Source of the DNA: Flavobacteriales bacterium
Lineage (GTDB): Bacteria > Bacteroidota > Bacteroidia > UBA4408
DNA: 48,879 nt
Direction of reading: 5' to 3'
Assembly: GCA_040383885.1 (NCBI GenBank)
Contig: JBEICQ010000003.1
Coordinates: 1 to 48,879, forward strand
Every line of letters starts with the position of its first letter. The first letter of the stretch is position 1. The translations under genes and the position numbers were made by a program. The notes below the pieces were generated by a model. That model had not been told where the DNA came from and did no database searches. It saw only the letters and a list, made by a program, of their open reading frames with translations. Positions 19,954 through 29,644 of the stretch are shown here, piece by piece.

Positions 19954-20883
19954 ATGAGGATTGGCATCATTGACTGTGGTACCAATACTTTCAATTACCT
20001 GTTGGCAGAAGCCAAGGAAGGTGGAATGCCTAAGGTTTTTAAATCCGGAAAATTTGTAGTGAAACTGGGTGAGCATGGATTCCCCGATGGCAAGATCCAT
20101 CCTGATGCTTTACAAAGAGCCTTCGATGCCCTCAACAACTTTCATCAAATCTGTTTATCGGAATCTGTTCAAGAATTACATGGCTGCGCCACATCTGCAT
20201 TTCGCACAGCAGGCAATGCCTCTTTGTTGGTTGAACATTGTAAAAATTCATTGCGGTTTCCACTGAATATCATCAGTGGAACAAGAGAAGCAGAACTTAT
20301 TCAACTCGGCGTTTTTGCTTCGGGTGTGCTACCCGAATATCCTACACTGATTTTAGATATTGGCGGAGGAAGCAATGAGTTGATTATCTCCAGCGGGGAG
20401 CAGGTACACTGGACAGGAAGCTATCCTGTGGGAATGGCACGGCTGATAAGTATGATCAGGCCCTCCGATCCAATCACAAAAGAGGAGATTGAGGTAGTTT
20501 ATAAATTGCTTGATAAAGAAATGGGAGAAGTTGTATCCATGTGCCGGTCATTGGGTGTAAACCATTTGATTGGTGCGTCCGGATCGTTTGATACTCTTGC
20601 CGAAATGATCATGCTCAAAAAGAATCAAATGCATGGAAATCAGCATTTACCCGGATACCATTTTGAAATGAATGATTACGATGATGTTGAAAAATCCATT
20701 GTAAAGGCTTCTTACCCCGAGCGTCTTGCCATGCCGGGCATGTTGCCTTTGCGTGCGGAGATGATGGTGCTGGCAGTGCTAACAATTCGGTGGGTGATAA
20801 AATCCTGCCATATAAACAGATTATCCATGTCGGCCTTTTCGCTCAAAGAGGGTTTTTTGTTTGAGCGATTCCATTCAGCATAA
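19954..20883 (+). CDS. ppx: Ppx/GppA family exopolyphosphatase
   Basis: IDCGTNTF, ATSAFR, ISGTREAE and DIGGGSNE. Confidence 0.88.
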   Translation: MRIGIIDCGTNTFNYLLAEAKEGGMPKVFKSGKFVVKLGEHGFPDGKIHPDALQRAFDALNNFHQICLSESVQELHGCATSAFRTAGNASLLVEHCKNSLRFPLNIISGTREAELIQLGVFASGVLPEYPTLILDIGGGSNELIISSGEQVHWTGSYPVGMARLISMIRPSDPITKEEIEVVYKLLDKEMGEVVSMCRSLGVNHLIGASGSFDTLAEMIMLKKNQMHGNQHLPGYHFEMNDYDDVEKSIVKASYPERLAMPGMLPLRAEMMVLAVLTIRWVIKSCHINRLSMSAFSLKEGFLFERFHSA

Positions 20884-20933
20884 CCAAGTTTTGAATCAAA
20901 TTTGTAATTTTGGTTATGCAATCAGCCAAGTAC

Positions 20934-23900
20934 ATGAATAGATTTCACATTGTCATGCTCTTGCTCCTTCCTTTCGTTGGAATCAAGGTCATGGCACAAC
21001 AAAAAAAACAAGGGCCTGTTTCGGTAGACAACATCAGTAATTATGATATGCTGAAGGCTTCCGGACAGTTAGAAAAATTATATCCGCAATTTGCACCCCG
21101 AACAAGCCCGGAAAAAAAATTGCCTAAGCAGCCCGCAGAACCTCGATTTGGTATATTTAAGAGCAACAAAAACATGGTTGAGACAAGTTTCTGGTCTACT
21201 TCCAATGTTTGTGCTTCCTGCTTTACCCCGGTAGATTCTTTGCTCGATACCATCGTTCAGTTTACCAACGGACAGCCGCCCGAATACCGCAACGACGACG
21301 GGAGCACCGTGCAGATGAACCTGCCCTTTAATTTTTGCTTTTATGGTGACACCTTCAGTTCTTTCTGGATCAATACAAACGGTAATATCTCTTTTAATAA
21401 TGCCGTAGGCACCTACAGTGCCTCCGGGTTTCCTGATCCGGTCGCAGTGATGATTGCTCCCTTTTGGGCAGATGTGGATTTAAGAAACGCCCAATCGGGA
21501 TTGGTTTACATGAGACGCACACCTCATTATGTAATTATCAAGTGGGACAAGGTGGGCTACTTCAACAGTCAGGCTGACAAGAAAAATGATTTTCAACTTA
21601 TCATCTCAGATGGTACAGATCCGATCATCCCGGAAGGAAATAATGTCCGGTTTTGTTATGCAGATATGCAGTGGACCACCGGTTCAGCCTCGCAGGGGCA
21701 GAACGGTTTTGGAGGTACACCTGCCACAGTGGGAGCCAACAGAGGAAATGGTACGGACTTTATTCAGTTTGGCAGGTTCGACCATCCGGGCAGCGATTAT
21801 GATGGGCCGGCATCCACTACCAATCCCGATGGTATTTCGTGGTTAGACAACCAGAGTTTTACATTCAGCACTTGCTTCTCCAACAATGTGGCTCCCATCG
21901 TTACGGGCCTTGGATTGTGCGACACACTCACCGTTTGTGCCGGCGATACCATCCTCATCAACATGGGTTTTCTTGCCCCTGAAGTGGGTCAAAACACAAG
22001 CATTACAACAGTCATTGATCCGCCAACAAGCAATGTGATTACGGTACTTTCCAATACCCCCGGAAACAATGCCTTGCTACAACTTCAAATTGCCGGCAAT
22101 CTTGCTAATCAGGGATATACAGTGATGGATGTTACGGGTACAGACAATGGCTCACCTGCAGCCAATACAATTGCCCGCTTGGTGGTTCATGTGATTGAAT
22201 TCAATACCGCTGCAGCCCACCTCGATGCTGATTGTGACACGGCAAACGGAAGCATCACCCTGCGTGGATTTCCCGATTCCGCAAATTTTGAATACAGTAT
22301 TGACGGGGGTACTACTTTCGTCACTGATACCCTTTTCAGCGGCCTGTCGGGTGGCCTATACAACTGCGTAATCCGCATTCCCGGAGGGTGTTCTTTTGAT
22401 ACTACCATTTTTGTTTTTCAACCTTCTTCCTTTGCACCTCCTCCAACCAACAGTGGCCCGGTTTGTATTGGCTCACCTGCCAACCTCAATGTACCCACCA
22501 TTCCCGGAGCCACTTACTCCTGGACGGGCCCCAACGGATTTACATCCACCTCGCAGAATCCCATTGTTCCCAATATCACTGCTGCTGATACAGGATTGTA
22601 TTGCGTCACGCTGGTAACCAATGGGTGTACAGGTACACCCAACTGCACCAGGCTCGGCATCAACATACCTCAGGTATCTGCAGGTATTGACCAAAACCTT
22701 TGCGGAAACGACACACTTAACCTGGTTGCTACCTTCAGCGGAACATCTGCTGGCGCCACATGGAGCGGAGGCCAGGGCACCTTTTCAAGCCCCGGAACCG
22801 CCACTACCAACTACATTCCGGGACCGAATGAAAATGAAGGTGATACTGTTTTTCTGATTGCCACCTCGGTTGAAAACGGAACCTGCCAGGCTGATAAGGA
22901 CACCATGCGTGTATTTATTCAGGGATTTCCGGATGTAAATATTTCTGTAGACCAGGTGAGCATCTGTGCCGGCGGAAATGTATCCTTCAATGTCACGCTC
23001 GCAGGGACGGCCACCGGCGGTACCTGGAGCAATGGAAATGGCGCCTTTTCTCCGGGCAATACCTCTCCAAACGGAACTTACACGCCCACAGAAACCGAAA
23101 TAAACACAGGACAGGTGCTTCTTATATTTACCTCAAACACCACCTCCTGCGGGATTGACAAAGACACTCTTAAGATCAACATCAATGCGCTACCAGGTGC
23201 TGTGCTGTCAAACAATCCCATTCTTGGAGTGGGACAAACAAAATGCAGTCCAAACGACAGTACATTGGTTCTCACCCTTACCGGTCAGACGCCCTGGAAT
23301 GTAAAGCTGAATACTCCCAATGGTCCTCAAACGATTCCGGTCAGCAGCTCTCCTTATGTGATGAATAGCTCTATGTTGGTGCAAGGAACCTATTCTTTGG
23401 ATACCATCACTGATGCAAACAACTGTAGAATAACCTACACCAACCAGACCTCGGTGGTGAAAAAAATCAATATCGGCAGTAAGAGTTTTATCAAACAGGC
23501 ATGGTGTAGTTTACAGAACGGCAGGGTATGGGTGAGCGATAGTTTGAATGGAAATCCGGGTGGTCCTTTTAAATATGTTTGGAAAAGAGCTTCACAAAAT
23601 GATACCATTGGCGACAGCAATGATACGCTGTTTAATGTGGGCAGTGGAACTTACACGGTGAGCATTACCGACAGCACCAACGGATGCAGGAGAACCGACA
23701 GTGATACCATTGATTTTCTTGTTCCATTTACTGCCGGCATAGCCACTGACAGCCTCGTTGGATTTGTTCCCTTCAATGTGCTGTTTAACAACACCACCAC
23801 ACTTATTGATCCTTCCCTACCCGGAATAACTTATACCTGGGATATTGACAATGGATTTAGCGGCAACACACAAACACCTGCGGAGGATTTTGCCTACACA

Positions 23901-24263
23901 TTCAATGCCGATTCTATTTATACGGTGGTGTTAACGGTAAAACTGAGTGAGGGTTGTGAAGACACCGCGAGCATTCGCATCAAGCCGGAGTATCCACCCA
24001 AAGTGAATCCACCGAATGTATTTACACCCGGCAATGGCGACAATGTAAACGATTTGTTTAAGATCAATCCCTCAGGAATCAAAAATTTTGAATGCATCAT
24101 ATTTGATCGCTGGGGCAGAGAAGTATTCCGCTGGAATGATCCCACCCAGGGATGGGATGGAAAAAAAGGAGATTCAGGAGTTTACTATTATGTGTTGAAT
24201 TATGAAGTAAAAGCCGATGGATCGAAAAAATCACTCAATGGCTTTGTCCAGTTACTGAGATAA
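20934..24263 (+). CDS. T9SS type-B CTD (gliding-motility-associated C-terminal domain) surface protein with NIDO domain and Ig/PKD/SprB-like repeats
   Basis: Signal peptide; NIDO motifs NDDGS..LPFNFCFYG..INTNGNISF..IAPFWADVD; YSWTGPNGFTS repeat; CTD PNVFTPGNGDNVND..IFDRWG..WDG..GVYYY..GFVQLLR. Alternative start at 20916. Confidence 0.85.
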   Translation: MNRFHIVMLLLLPFVGIKVMAQQKKQGPVSVDNISNYDMLKASGQLEKLYPQFAPRTSPEKKLPKQPAEPRFGIFKSNKNMVETSFWSTSNVCASCFTPVDSLLDTIVQFTNGQPPEYRNDDGSTVQMNLPFNFCFYGDTFSSFWINTNGNISFNNAVGTYSASGFPDPVAVMIAPFWADVDLRNAQSGLVYMRRTPHYVIIKWDKVGYFNSQADKKNDFQLIISDGTDPIIPEGNNVRFCYADMQWTTGSASQGQNGFGGTPATVGANRGNGTDFIQFGRFDHPGSDYDGPASTTNPDGISWLDNQSFTFSTCFSNNVAPIVTGLGLCDTLTVCAGDTILINMGFLAPEVGQNTSITTVIDPPTSNVITVLSNTPGNNALLQLQIAGNLANQGYTVMDVTGTDNGSPAANTIARLVVHVIEFNTAAAHLDADCDTANGSITLRGFPDSANFEYSIDGGTTFVTDTLFSGLSGGLYNCVIRIPGGCSFDTTIFVFQPSSFAPPPTNSGPVCIGSPANLNVPTIPGATYSWTGPNGFTSTSQNPIVPNITAADTGLYCVTLVTNGCTGTPNCTRLGINIPQVSAGIDQNLCGNDTLNLVATFSGTSAGATWSGGQGTFSSPGTATTNYIPGPNENEGDTVFLIATSVENGTCQADKDTMRVFIQGFPDVNISVDQVSICAGGNVSFNVTLAGTATGGTWSNGNGAFSPGNTSPNGTYTPTETEINTGQVLLIFTSNTTSCGIDKDTLKININALPGAVLSNNPILGVGQTKCSPNDSTLVLTLTGQTPWNVKLNTPNGPQTIPVSSSPYVMNSSMLVQGTYSLDTITDANNCRITYTNQTSVVKKINIGSKSFIKQAWCSLQNGRVWVSDSLNGNPGGPFKYVWKRASQNDTIGDSNDTLFNVGSGTYTVSITDSTNGCRRTDSDTIDFLVPFTAGIATDSLVGFVPFNVLFNNTTTLIDPSLPGITYTWDIDNGFSGNTQTPAEDFAYTFNADSIYTVVLTVKLSEGCEDTASIRIKPEYPPKVNPPNVFTPGNGDNVNDLFKINPSGIKNFECIIFDRWGREVFRWNDPTQGWDGKKGDSGVYYYVLNYEVKADGSKKSLNGFVQLLR

Positions 24264-24274
24264 AAAATCAACTG

Positions 24275-24305
24275 AAAAAGGGCAGGTCTTTAACCTGCCT
24301 TTTTT
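24275..24305 (+). terminator. Intrinsic terminator
   Basis: AAAAAGGGCAGGT-CTTTA-ACCTGCCTTTTTT directly after the adhesin stop. Confidence 0.85.
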
Positions 24306-24322
24306 CTTTCATCTTCCAGCAA

Positions 24323-25588
24323 TTGAAAATACCCAGGCCTCCTTCCTCGCTAGTTTGGAACATGTTGTCGTTTGCCCTCGTTGGCTTAACGGGTATTCTC
24401 ATCAACATCATGGTGGTGAGGGAGAAGGGTGATGAAGTTTTTGGCGTTTTTAACCAGGTGTATGCCATTTTTTTAATGTTGTCGCAGCTTGCGGCGGGCG
24501 GCGTACATCTCTCGGTTCAGAGATTTATCCCCCTGTATGCAAAGCGAGAAAAAATCAGAACACAGATTTTATTCTCCGCCCTTGGAATCGGCTCCATGGT
24601 TTCTGTCATCGTTATTTTTTTGGCCGGGTTGCTGCACGATGCGGTTGGATTCCTGCTCAAAAGCGATGCTGTAGAGCAAGGGTATCTATACGCCATCCCC
24701 GGACTACTCTTTTTCACACTGAATAAAATACTCATTTCGTATCACAACGGACTACAAAACTTCAGGATTTTTGCAATCCTACAGTTCCTGAGAATGGGAT
24801 TGCTTTTTTTATTTGTATTTATACTTATCAACTACAGCAGCGATTCTGCGGTATTATGCAGTTCCTTTTCACTTACCGAAGCCACTCTTTTTCTGCTGAG
24901 TGCTCTCTTCAGTATTCCTTTTCTAAGGCTTCCTTCAGGAGATGCATCGATGCGAAAATGGCTGGGCATTAATTTCAGTTATGGAAACAAAGCATTTGTG
25001 GGCAACTTTCTTCTCGATATCAATACTAAGGCAGATGTGTTTATTCTCGGCATTTTCTTTGATGATTCCAGTGTAGGTATCTACAGTTTTGCATCCACCT
25101 TTGCAGAAGGATTTATGCAGCTTGCTGCAGTGCTTCGCAATATTTTTAATCCTGTGTTAGCCAGGTTGCGATTCATCAAAAAAACAAAAAAGGTCTCCAT
25201 GATTATCCGGAAATTCAGACGCAGTACCTTTATGATTGTGAATGGCGCCGCATGTTTTGCCATCCTTGTTTTTCCTTTAATCCTGAAACTTTTTTCCATA
25301 CAGGAAAACAACAATACCTACTGGCTTATCTTTTCTCTGCTTACCGGCTGTTATGCGCTCACCGCAGGCTATCAGGCATTACTCATGATCTTCAATCAAT
25401 ACGGCAAGCCATCGCTGCAAACAAGGTTTGTTTTTTTCATCTTCCTGAGCAATGTATTGCTCAATCTGATTATTGTTCCCTATGCGGGCATCACAGGTGC
25501 CGCACTGGCCACTGCCATGTCATTTTTTATACAGGTAGGCATACAGCGTTATCTGATGCAGAAAGCCCTGCATCTTTCTTCATTTTAG
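24323..25588 (+). CDS. Wzx-like oligosaccharide flippase (MOP superfamily)
   Basis: About 12 TM segments, FGVFNQV, ADVFILG..VGIYSFA and LNLIIVPYAGITGAALAT. Confidence 0.78.
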   Translation: MKIPRPPSSLVWNMLSFALVGLTGILINIMVVREKGDEVFGVFNQVYAIFLMLSQLAAGGVHLSVQRFIPLYAKREKIRTQILFSALGIGSMVSVIVIFLAGLLHDAVGFLLKSDAVEQGYLYAIPGLLFFTLNKILISYHNGLQNFRIFAILQFLRMGLLFLFVFILINYSSDSAVLCSSFSLTEATLFLLSALFSIPFLRLPSGDASMRKWLGINFSYGNKAFVGNFLLDINTKADVFILGIFFDDSSVGIYSFASTFAEGFMQLAAVLRNIFNPVLARLRFIKKTKKVSMIIRKFRRSTFMIVNGAACFAILVFPLILKLFSIQENNNTYWLIFSLLTGCYALTAGYQALLMIFNQYGKPSLQTRFVFFIFLSNVLLNLIIVPYAGITGAALATAMSFFIQVGIQRYLMQKALHLSSF

Positions 25589-25618
25589 GTTCAATATCAT
25601 GCAAGAAGATTGGCTGAT

Positions 25619-26875
25619 TCAATCTTCTTCATCAAGTTTTAGGGGAAGCAGCGAAAACAAAAGGGATGAGAATATGCTGCCTGCCTGTACCTCCAGCATG
25701 GATTCAAAAAGATAGTTTCCTGCAACAGAAAAAACAAGTAAAACCAAAACCCATTGTCTTCTTAAGATGGCCCGATACACTCCGAAGAAAAACAATGCAA
25801 ACAACATCAGTGATCCCGGCAGACCGATGCTAAGCTGCGTCTCAAGAAACTGGTTGTGACAGTTCAGCTGCTTTTCCAGCGCACCACTCATACCGTGCTT
25901 CTGATAAGAAACAAGCAGGGCATCTCTGCAATCGCCATTGCCGGTGCCAAACCAGAAATGATGACTGATCAATTCCAACGAGCGTGACCAGATGAGGGTT
26001 CTTACATCTACCGAAGATACTGTTGAACTGGAGATAGAATGATGATCGGAAAAGCCGGGAATCTCCAGGAACTGATTCCTTATCTTAAGTCCGATAGGGC
26101 TAAGTTGCGTAATCCCCAGCAGCAACAAAAGCAGGCTTGTAAAAAACAGTATTTGCTTTTTGAAATCCCTGAAATAAATCACCAAAAAAAAGAATAAACT
26201 CCCTGCATAAAAAATGATTCCTGCCCTGGAGAGCAATTGAAGCTGAAACAAAGAGAGTGCGAAAAGAAGCAGGTAAATCCGGTAAGTGGGAAGGATGTGT
26301 TTTCTTCTGATGGCATCCAGTAAAAATAAAATACCCGCAAGGTTATACAGTGAAAGATAAGAATGATGAATAAAGGGGCAGAAGTAAGAAGTAAAAAACA
26401 AATTACATCCTATGGGAGAAGGGGCAGCAGTGCCTTGCGAAATTTGGTACAGCTCCAGCAGGTAATGATAGACTGACCTGGTTTCGCAAAAAGCCATCAT
26501 CAGCGTTAATCCTGAAAGCAAATAAATGAGTGCTTTGGAAAAATCAAATTGGTTTCTGTTGGTATAAAGGGCAAGCGGGATGCAAAGCAAAGAGAGTTTG
26601 GTTTCAAGATCCTGTATAGACCTGGTTTTGTTATCGGAATAGACAATGGAAACCAGATAGAGGCAGAAGAGTAAGACCAGGCAAACAGTACCTACATTGA
26701 TTTTTTTTGACCGGAGGGTGCCGGAAGAAAATTGTCTGAATCCCAGAATCAGCGAGAGAACTATCAGCAAAGGGATGGGTTTCTGCCACAAGGGTAAAAA
26801 GAAAAGTACTGCCAGCAACGGCTGGGCTACAATCGCTTCAAAATGGTGCTTTAAAGTATACTTGAACCTGTGCAA
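25619..26875 (-). CDS. O-antigen ligase (WaaL/Wzy_C) family protein
   Basis: Multi-TM; LLSRAG, VRTLIW, FGTGNGD and NCHNQFLE..GLPG motifs. Confidence 0.82.
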   Translation of the reverse strand: MHRFKYTLKHHFEAIVAQPLLAVLFFLPLWQKPIPLLIVLSLILGFRQFSSGTLRSKKINVGTVCLVLLFCLYLVSIVYSDNKTRSIQDLETKLSLLCIPLALYTNRNQFDFSKALIYLLSGLTLMMAFCETRSVYHYLLELYQISQGTAAPSPIGCNLFFTSYFCPFIHHSYLSLYNLAGILFLLDAIRRKHILPTYRIYLLLFALSLFQLQLLSRAGIIFYAGSLFFFLVIYFRDFKKQILFFTSLLLLLLGITQLSPIGLKIRNQFLEIPGFSDHHSISSSTVSSVDVRTLIWSRSLELISHHFWFGTGNGDCRDALLVSYQKHGMSGALEKQLNCHNQFLETQLSIGLPGSLMLFALFFFGVYRAILRRQWVLVLLVFSVAGNYLFESMLEVQAGSIFSSLLFSLLPLKLDEED

Positions 26876-26888
26876 CAGGGACAGTTAT

Positions 26889-27674
26889 TTACTGCTTTAG
26901 CTGGAAGAAAATACTGCCTTTTGCGGTTCGTATACCAGGCTCAACAATGACAGGTGCATTGCTTCCAATGATGGTTGAAGTTTTGTCGGAACTGAGACCG
27001 TCAATATTCATTTCCATTTTTATTTCCTTATTCCGGAGTTTAATAAGATGCCATACTTCCACGAATTCATTGAAAGCATAACCTCTGTCTGTTTCAAAAA
27101 TCTCAGTGTTGGTTGGAGAGGATCCGGTTGTGATGGATGTTTCTGTACTGGTTTTGGCACTCAAAACAGAGAGCACAAGATTTTCCTTGTTTTTGTATTC
27201 ACCCGATTTGCCGGCAAAATACCATTTGCCGTTTTTGAGCACAGTTTCCTTTATGGTAATTTTTTGGGTTTGGATGTTTCCTCCAACATTTACAGGATAT
27301 TGCTGTCCATAGCTGTATGTATAGTTGTAAGTGAAATTGCCTTCCTTATCAAAACTGAAGGCATGAGCGTCCACTGTTCCGTCAATATCGTGGCTGAAGG
27401 TGGTATCGATGGGAAACTTTTTATTAAAATTTTCTGATCCATTGATGCTAAATTCCGTACTTCCAAGGTTGAGTTCCCTGGTTTCGGTAGCGCCACTGGA
27501 GATTACATTGCCGTAAAGGACATTGATGTTTTTATTGATGACCTTCCATTCTCCACTCAAACGAACCTTTCTGGAACGAAATGAGAGGAATGGGTCTTCC
27601 GGGCCTTTTTTGCAAGCCGTCAAAATAGAGGCGGTGCAAACTGCAAGCATCAGAAAAATTGAGGAAATCTTCAT
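26889..27674 (-). CDS. Lipoprotein, beta-rich lipocalin-like hypothetical
   Basis: Lipobox LTAC followed by KKGPEDPFLSFRSRKVRLSGEWK. Confidence 0.65.
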   Translation of the reverse strand: MKISSIFLMLAVCTASILTACKKGPEDPFLSFRSRKVRLSGEWKVINKNINVLYGNVISSGATETRELNLGSTEFSINGSENFNKKFPIDTTFSHDIDGTVDAHAFSFDKEGNFTYNYTYSYGQQYPVNVGGNIQTQKITIKETVLKNGKWYFAGKSGEYKNKENLVLSVLSAKTSTETSITTGSSPTNTEIFETDRGYAFNEFVEVWHLIKLRNKEIKMEMNIDGLSSDKTSTIIGSNAPVIVEPGIRTAKGSIFFQLKQ

Positions 27675-27750
27675 ATAAAATTCATTTAAGAGCTGCTAAA
27701 ATAGGTAATTGGGATGAAAAAAGAGGCCTTTTCAAATAAATATCAAAAAC

Positions 27751-27778
27751 AAAAAAGCCGCCCGAAGGCGGCTTTTTT
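27751..27778. terminator. Strong bidirectional intrinsic terminator
   Basis: AAAAAAGCCGCC-CGAA-GGCGGCTTTTTT; reads as a cUUCGg tetraloop on the minus strand. Confidence 0.92.
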
Positions 27779-27800
27779 ATAAACCATAAGGTTGGTTTGA

Positions 27801-28595
27801 TTAGTCTTGTTTGTAGGTTATTTCTCCGGTAAGAGTTGTTGAAGCCGCATTAGTACCTGTTCTGGTAACTGAACCGGAAAGGTCAACAACCATTTCGCTT
27901 GAGCTCATGGATTTTACTGTCCAAACTTGTGACATATAACCTGCAGAAAATGTTTTTGTTTCGTTTTCTGTTTTTGTTGCTTCAGCAGCACTGCAACCAT
28001 TATTGAAGTCATCTTTATAAAGTTGTGTGGTTACATCAGCACCTGTGGATGATTTGTAGGTCCATTTAGTGGTTACAACATCTTCATGTTTTGTATGCTC
28101 AAGAACCATACGGGAGTTTTTCTCGATGTCTCCGGTTGAGCCCATGATGGTAAAATTGCCGGTTGCAGTCGAATTTGTGGTTTCAGTTTCAGTAACAGTA
28201 TAAAGAGCTCCGGAATTCCAATCACAAGTAGGTGTAGTATAGTAGGTATTCTGGTAGGTAGATACTGATGTTGATAAAACTTTTGCGGTAAAAGAATCTT
28301 CTCCTCTGTCAAAAGTATATTCCTCAGTATATGGATTGGTTTTTACTGCAGGATTACCAAAAGTTGGCGTGGGCACAATGGTAACGGTGACTTTCTCGTT
28401 GGCACCATCGTAAACCTTATTGGTGGTAGTAGTTGATGAAGAACCACCGGATGATGTTTCAACTTGGGTAAGGGATCCGCTAGTAAGCTTCCAGGTTCCA
28501 TCAAGTCTCTTGGAGGTGATGTCACCTTTCTTACAACTGGTAATGGCGAATGCAAGAACTGCGAATGCCATGGTACTGTTGAGTAAATTTTTCAT
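27801..28595 (-). CDS. Thr/Ser-rich lipoprotein, lipocalin-like hypothetical
   Basis: Lipobox ITSC followed by KKGDITSKRLDGTWKL; TACTTTTG -7 element upstream and its own terminator downstream. Confidence 0.65.
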   Translation of the reverse strand: MKNLLNSTMAFAVLAFAITSCKKGDITSKRLDGTWKLTSGSLTQVETSSGGSSSTTTTNKVYDGANEKVTVTIVPTPTFGNPAVKTNPYTEEYTFDRGEDSFTAKVLSTSVSTYQNTYYTTPTCDWNSGALYTVTETETTNSTATGNFTIMGSTGDIEKNSRMVLEHTKHEDVVTTKWTYKSSTGADVTTQLYKDDFNNGCSAAEATKTENETKTFSAGYMSQVWTVKSMSSSEMVVDLSGSVTRTGTNAASTTLTGEITYKQD

Positions 28596-28684
28596 GTGTT
28601 TGATTTTTTTGTTCGGGCGCAAAAGTAAATAAATTATAAGTTCTTACAAAAACGGCCAAAAGGTGAATAAAATGTGATTTCCTT

Positions 28685-29608
28685 CTAGAAATAGAAGTTC
28701 AGAAGCAGCTGCCCTCCGCTATTGTCGGTATCAATGCCGAGGTAGGTGCCGCCGGATTTGGTTATCTGTCGCTGCCGTGTACTTCCGCCCACATTGTCCC
28801 AGTATTCGTTACGAACAAATCCATCATTGCCAATTTTGTATGTAATTCCCCAGCCCAGCTCAATGCCGAGGGAAATCTTTGGAAGGATAAAATATTCGAT
28901 GCCACCGAAAGCCCTGGCACCCAAACCGATGACCGAACCATTTTTGGTGGCACCCGGTCTGTTGCTTTTTAATGAAGAGGCAAACCCGGTGGCAGAGGGC
29001 TGCTCAAAATCGGTGGTGTACACACTTGTCTGGGTATTTGTAAAGGCATTTCCATAAGTATAATCCACAGAGGATGAAGAAAAACTCAATACTGCCTCTG
29101 CTCCGTAATATCCTTGTAAGCGGGTTTTGCCACGGCGTTTTTCAAAACCTGCAGAGAGGGTAATGTTTGTGCCTCGTACCCTTTTGCTATCGGTGGTATA
29201 TAGTGTATCTGCAGCGGTTTGGGCATTGTCTATCACTGTATTCCGGTAGGTCTGAGAGAGGGTTCCCACCCTTGCCCTGAAGCGATATGCGTAATTAGGG
29301 TTTTTAAAATATTTGGCTGTAATGGTCATGGGAAAATTGGCAGGAAAGGCTGCTGTTGGCGCTGTAGAACCTGCTCCGGAGAGCAGCTTGCCGGTGTATT
29401 CTAAAAAAGGTGTTGCATCAATGGTCAGGGCGCAATCTTTTTCCTCAGGTAAATAAGGCTCACCTTTTTTAGAGACCAATGGCTGATTGGGTAGTGAGGC
29501 CTGCCCTTTTGGAGTAGGATTCAGTTTTTTTGATCCGGGAGGCTGGGCTTTGGAAATGCCGGCTATCAGAAGCAGAAAGAAAAGTGAGCGGAGAAATTTC
29601 ATAAGCAT
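28685..29608 (-). CDS. Outer membrane beta-barrel protein
   Basis: Signal peptide, amphipathic strands (GIEYFILPKISLGIELGWG) and C-terminal LLLNFYF. Confidence 0.72.
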   Translation of the reverse strand: MLMKFLRSLFFLLLIAGISKAQPPGSKKLNPTPKGQASLPNQPLVSKKGEPYLPEEKDCALTIDATPFLEYTGKLLSGAGSTAPTAAFPANFPMTITAKYFKNPNYAYRFRARVGTLSQTYRNTVIDNAQTAADTLYTTDSKRVRGTNITLSAGFEKRRGKTRLQGYYGAEAVLSFSSSSVDYTYGNAFTNTQTSVYTTDFEQPSATGFASSLKSNRPGATKNGSVIGLGARAFGGIEYFILPKISLGIELGWGITYKIGNDGFVRNEYWDNVGGSTRQRQITKSGGTYLGIDTDNSGGQLLLNFYF

Positions 29609-29644
29609 ATTTAACGAGAGAAAGTGTGGTGTTATTGTGTAGTA

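Noticed and set aside
28685-29608. Barrel as the PorP/SprF partner of the type-B CTD adhesin
   Set aside because: Size fits, but it lacks the YRxQW-type PorP motif and lies 4.4 kb away on the opposite strand.
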